Assembly (NCBI GenBank): GCA_000388065.2
Contig: KB932204.1
Length of the DNA: 64,000 nucleotides
Direction: 5' to 3' (one strand)
DNA from: Fonticula alba ATCC 38817
Taxonomy: Eukaryota > Protista > Nucleariida
Made by a program: the position numbers and the translations under genes. Under the pieces are notes generated by a model. The model was given only the letters and a program-made list of their open reading frames with translations, was not told the DNA's origin and ran no database searches. Below, piece by piece: positions 59,643-64,000 of the stretch (position 1 is the first letter of the stretch; each line of letters opens with the position of its first letter).

Positions 59643-62049
59643 TCAGTCGAGCTCCCGGGGGAGCGGCTTCATGGGCACGTCGCCTGGGCAGGAGCAGCGG
59701 AAGAACAAGGTGGGGGCGGTGAAAGAAGGAAGGTCAGTCAAGGGTGAGGGCCGAAGGGACCGGGTCCGGGGGAGGCAGGTGGAAGGGCTGCGCACCGCTG
59801 GGGGATTTACGCCGACGGTACAGATAGATGCATAGGCCGACGCTGGCCAGCAGCAGGATGGCCAGGGGAATGCCCACGGCCAGGCCGATGGTCAGGCCGG
59901 GATGGCCGGACGGGCCGGACGAGGAGCCGACACAATCATCGACGCCGGGTCCGACACACTCGGAGCAGTCCCGGTGGCAGGCCCCGCACGCAGGGACCGA
60001 GCCATTGGCGTCGGGGAAAAAGCCGGCCGGGCAGGCGTCCAGGCACCGGGCGCCCTGGTGCAGAAGCAGGCCGGGCTTGCACTTGTCGCAGGTGGCGATC
60101 TCCGGGCACAGGAGCAAGCCACTCGGGGCCGTTCGGCACACGGGGGCCGGGCTGGCCGGTGTGCACCGGTCGCAGCCCTCCGGGCAGGGCAGGCAAATGC
60201 GCTCCAGGCCCGGAGCCACTTCGGTCGGGAACTCCACCCGGGCGAAGTGCATCTCGGGGCAGGCATCCAGGCAGAGCCCGGAGTCGACCTGCAACCAGCG
60301 GTCGGAGCCCGCCGGGCAGGAGGTGCAGAAGTCCGCGGCCGTGGCGCAAGTCCGGCAGCCCTGGTCGCAGGGGAGACAGGCACCGGCCCCGGGGGGGAGG
60401 TACTCGCCAGTGGGGCAGGCACTGGCGCAGAGGCCCTGCCCGGTCAGCACCAGGGCATCGGCGCAGCGGGTGCACTCGGTGGCCGAGGTGCACTCGGCGC
60501 AGCCCTCGCCGGGGCATGGGTAGCAAGTGCGGGAGGCCCATTCGGACCAGGTATCCTCGTATTGCCCGGCCGGGCAGTCCATCATGCAGGCGCCCTCGAC
60601 GGTGTGGGCGAGGTCGTTTTCGCAATTATGACAGTCATTCGGGCCGCCGGCCGAGCATGAAAAGCACCCGGCATGACAGGGCAGGCAGGTGCCGGCCTGG
60701 GGGAAGAGCCGGGCCGGGCAGGTCTTCCGACATTCGCCATCCACCACCAGGGGGTAGTCTGACAGACAGGCGAGACACTGCGCGGGCATCGGGCCGAAGC
60801 ACGAGGCACAGCCCTCGGAGCAGACCAGGCACTGGGGCCCCTGGGGGAGGGAGCCCGCCGGGCAGGAGGCCACGCAGCTCAGGCGATTTGGGGCCAGGAG
60901 CCAGCCCGGCGCGCAGATGTCGCACGTGGGCTTGCTGGCGTAGGGGTCGTGGCAGGAGAGACAGTGCTCCGGGCAGGGGAGGCACCGGTCGAAGTGGGCC
61001 AGTGTGCCGGTCGGGCAGCTGGGCACACATGCCACCAGCTGGCTGCCCGGCGTGGGCAGGGAGAACAACGCCGTCGGGCAGCGGTTTTGGAAGCAATCTC
61101 CCGGGCCCGGGCCCTGGCACTCGAGGCAGCCGGGATGGCAGGGCAGGCATCGGCCGGCCTGGATGAAGTGCCGCGGGGGGCAATTGGCCAGGCACTGGCC
61201 TTCGACCAGATATTCCGAGGAGGTCTTGCAGCTGAGGCACTGGTCGTGCCCCGGGCCGTGGCAGGTGAGACAGGAGCTACTGCAGTCGAGGCAGGTGGCC
61301 GAGGCGGCCGAATCGTCGCCATCGTCGATGGGGTACGTCCGAATGGGGCAGTCATGCTGGCAGGTGCCGGGCGGGCCCGGCCGCAGGCCTTCCTGGCAGG
61401 AGGAACAGTCATCCGGGTTGGGCCCGGTGCAGGTGACGCACTGCGGGGGGCAATGCCGGCAGGCGGCATCCCCGGGCAGGGCGAAGGTGCCGTCCGGGCA
61501 GGCGACCTCGCAGGTGCCCTGCCAGTGGAGCAGCCATCCGGCCATGCAAGAGAAGCACCGGGTGCCCTGATTGGGGTCCAGGCTGCATGTGTGGCAGCCG
61601 GCCGGGCAGGCGGCACAGGTGCCGGTCGTGCCGGGGGAAGGGGCCCGGCCATCGTGCCAGCTGAAGCCCGGGGCGCAGGCGGTGCACTGGTCGGGGGCCT
61701 CGGCGCAGAGCTCGCACTTGGCGTCGCAGGCCGTGCACCGGCCGGCCGTGGCCATGTCCAGCACCTGCCCCGGGGGGCAGAGCCGCGTACAGAGAGACCG
61801 CTGGCCGGGGACCGGAGACAGGAACCCCAGCTCGGGCTGGCACCGGTCGCAAGCGTCGGCCTCGGAGCAGGCCTCGCAGGAGGTGTGGCAAGGTGCACAT
61901 TCGCCGGCGGAGGCATCGAAGAAGTGTCCAGTGGGACAGGCCTCCGCGGGGGCATTGGCGAGTTGACGCCCGGCGAGGCTCCCGGCCGCCCGGGCAAGGG
62001 CCGGCACCGCGAGCAACAGCAAGAACACCGCCCGGGTGATGGGGCGCAT
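59643..62049 (-). CDS. Kinase-less furin-like repeat (~13 repeats) single-pass surface protein; exons 62049..59796, 59683..59643 (764 aa)
   Basis: ATG in GCCACCATG context and signal peptide MRPITRAVFLLLLAVPALARA. Continuous CxxC array, TM LTIGLAVGIPLAILLLASVGLCIYLY, RRRK. A phase-1 intron 59684-59795 (GTGCGC...CTGAC...CCCAG) gives the tail SPSGDVPMKPLPRELD*. Confidence 0.92.
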
Positions 62050-62074
62050 GGTGGCGGAAGGGCAGGGGGGGGGG

Positions 62075-62269
62075 NNNNNNNNNNNNNNNNNNNNNNNNNN
62101 NNNNNNNNNNNNNNNNNNNNNNNNNNNNNNNNNNNNNNNNNNNNNNNNNNNNNNNNNNNNNNNNNNNNNNNNNNNNNNNNNNNNNNNNNNNNNNNNNNNN
62201 NNNNNNNNNNNNNNNNNNNNNNNNNNNNNNNNNNNNNNNNNNNNNNNNNNNNNNNNNNNNNNNNNNNNN
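62075..62269. other. Assembly gap (195 N) flanked by G10 and C-runs
   Basis: Run of n. Confidence 1.
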
Positions 62270-63149
62270 CCCCCCCGCTGCCGTCCGAGCCCCGCCGGGG
62301 CGAGGGAAACAGGGCAACAGTTGGCTGGGGTCGGGTCCGGGTGGCAGGAGCTCCGGCGGCTCGTGTTTCAGGTGGCAACGTGGGCGTGGGTCGTCGGAGG
62401 AATGCTTGGCCCAAGTCATCGGCCAGCAGGGCCCGCGTCCGGGAGGGGGGGGGGGGGGGGAACATGCAACGCAATGGCCCTTGCCGGAGAGGGGGGGGGC
62501 GCGCGCGTGCCGCATGCGTGCTTCTGGCGTGTTGGAGACGTGGTATTATGTGATTGGATCTGAAGAATTGGCAATGCTGCGGGAAAAAGACCAAAAGAGC
62601 ACGCATCTTCCCATTTAATGTGTCCCTCTCCACCGGAGAACCAGGGGCAAGTGCTGCCCAACACGGCATCCGGCTGTTCTGGGCAAGCTGATGGGGGGAT
62701 CTGAAAAGGCGGGGACCCGTCCCAGGAGCCCAGGTGCCGACGGAGGTGTCGGCCCCGCGCGCCGGCCTGCCGAGCGTGTGGTGCATCCCCCCTGTGCGCC
62801 ATGACGCGTGGGGGGAGAGGAAGGCGCCGGATCCCCCGAGCCGAGGGAGATCGGGCAGGGCCTTTCCATTATCGGGACTCGCAGTTTCGATGGCTGCCTT
62901 GCTTTCAGGCTGCATTTGAAGGACTGTCCTCCTGTGCGTTCTCTCTGTCCCTCTGGCCCCGGGCGAGGAGTGTTCATCGGCGATTGACGGAGCAAGGGGC
63001 AGTCTACTCCTTGTGCCGCTGGGCCAGGGCGGCGGCGGCGGCGGCGGGGGAGGGGGGGGGGAGAGGTAACTCCCGTGTACCCTGAGTTGGGTGTGGCTGG
63101 CGGGCCGTTGCGCGTGGCCATGCCTTCGGAGGCTGTTCGCACTCGTCGT

Positions 63150-63960
63150 GCTCCGGCGTCACTTCGGGAGTCTGGACGCGCCCCTCCAATGGGGGCCATT
63201 GGACAGGGGCGCCATTTCGAGTGGGTGCGGGGCTCCGACAGCCGATGTGTCTCCAATCTGAGAGGGGCCTCCTCGAGCCGGTCCCTCCTCGAGATGGACA
63301 CCCATCCGGCGGCCGGTGTGCCATGGTGGGGGTGAAAGCCGGTGAGAGTGTCCGTTGTCGGGGATCCGTAGTTCAACGCGGCTGCCAAGATAATCCGGTG
63401 TTCGTGTCGTTCTCCGTCGCCCCGGAGGCCCCTCGTCATGCGTACAATGCTCCATGAGGGCGGGCGCGCGGGACGTTGTGCTACCCTTCGGAAAGGCAGC
63501 GGACTCGGCCAGACCCGCGGCACCGAGTTGCTCATCCCGGTGGAAGGCAGCACTTGTGGTCGCTCAGCAGGGGCAGTTCGCGCGCGAGCAGAGGCGGCTG
63601 ATGTGCCGGCAAGGGGCGGGAGCATCCAACAGGCAGCAAGGACTCCCCACATCGAGCAGGTAGGGGAGAATCCGCGGCCTGCGCCACCGAGGGCAGGGCC
63701 ATCGACGGGCCGTGGGGGGGGGGGCGACACGGCCGATCACGATGGTGGCAGGGCGCTCTCACGGATCCGGCCCTACATCCGCAAAGGGAAGTACACGAGG
63801 CGGCTCCAGGGGCGGGCATCGCACACGCACCTTGCTTTGGGTGTCTCGGGCCCGCTGTGCCTCTCTTTCGGGTCCTTTGGCTCAGGGAGTACATCGCATT
63901 CAGTTGTGTGGGATGTGCGCGCAGACCATTGTCCCTCATCCCCGGGGTTATGGGGTTTAT
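63150..63960 (-). mobile_element. Possible decayed retroviral-type (Ty3/gypsy) integrase fragment
   Basis: Across frames: ECDVLPEPKDP...GP...PLEPPRVLPFADVGPD (cf. CxxC...K...P..RPF..VG.D), LLSD, TSAAFHR..QLG...SAAFP (cf. FTS..F..LG...S.AYHP), RMTRGLR, LAAALNYGS...TLTGFHP (cf. AYN.S....TG.SP). Confidence 0.45.
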
Positions 63961-64000
63961 GGTTGCACCCTCCAAGGCACAGGACCCCAGGGTGTCATGG

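Noticed and set aside
59734-59795. ORF-track C-terminus AQPFHLPPPDPVPSALTLD*
   Set aside because: It is read-through into an intron with GTGCGC donor, CTGAC branch point and CCCAG acceptor. The spliced tail is preferred.
1-64000. CRISPR arrays, rRNA genes, prokaryotic operons, intact LTR pairs
   Set aside because: No regularly spaced direct repeats, rRNA motifs or matching long terminal repeats were seen. Gene structure is spliceosomal and eukaryotic.

Overview
GC-rich, intron-containing eukaryotic DNA. Introns have GTGCGT/GTACGC/GTATGT donors, CTRAC branch points and C-rich polypyrimidine tracts. Poly-G/C tracts and microsatellites are frequent, and there are four N-gaps. Composition and gene content resemble an amoeboid holomycotan such as Fonticula alba (inference, not verified). 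Most of the six-frame ORFs are GC-shadow artefacts. Hand-splicing gives six credible protein genes. (1) The 3' end of a furin-like-repeat single-pass membrane protein (1-552). (2) A 7TM-RGS fusion (6881-9337). (3) A ~3000-aa receptor-like TKL kinase with FG-GAP/VCBS-type repeats and furin-like repeats (18860-28552, minus). (4) A divergent UPF1-family helicase with an intact CH zinc domain (33340-37971). (5) A 2056-aa furin-repeat, non-RD TKL receptor kinase (47046-53396). (6) A kinase-less furin-repeat surface protein (59643-62049, minus). The window also has four tRNA genes (2x Lys-CTT, Asp-GTC, Glu-CTC), an intronless orphan gene broken by frameshifts (13.5-16.1 kb), a decayed Ty3/gypsy retrotransposon (40.1-45.7 kb) and two weaker retroelement fragments. 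The most interesting signal is a set of four related Cys-rich receptors, two with a kinase and two without. They share a membrane-proximal cassette, a cytoplasmic D-(A)-[IV]-P-M motif and phase-1 introns, which suggests a modular receptor plus decoy/co-receptor system.
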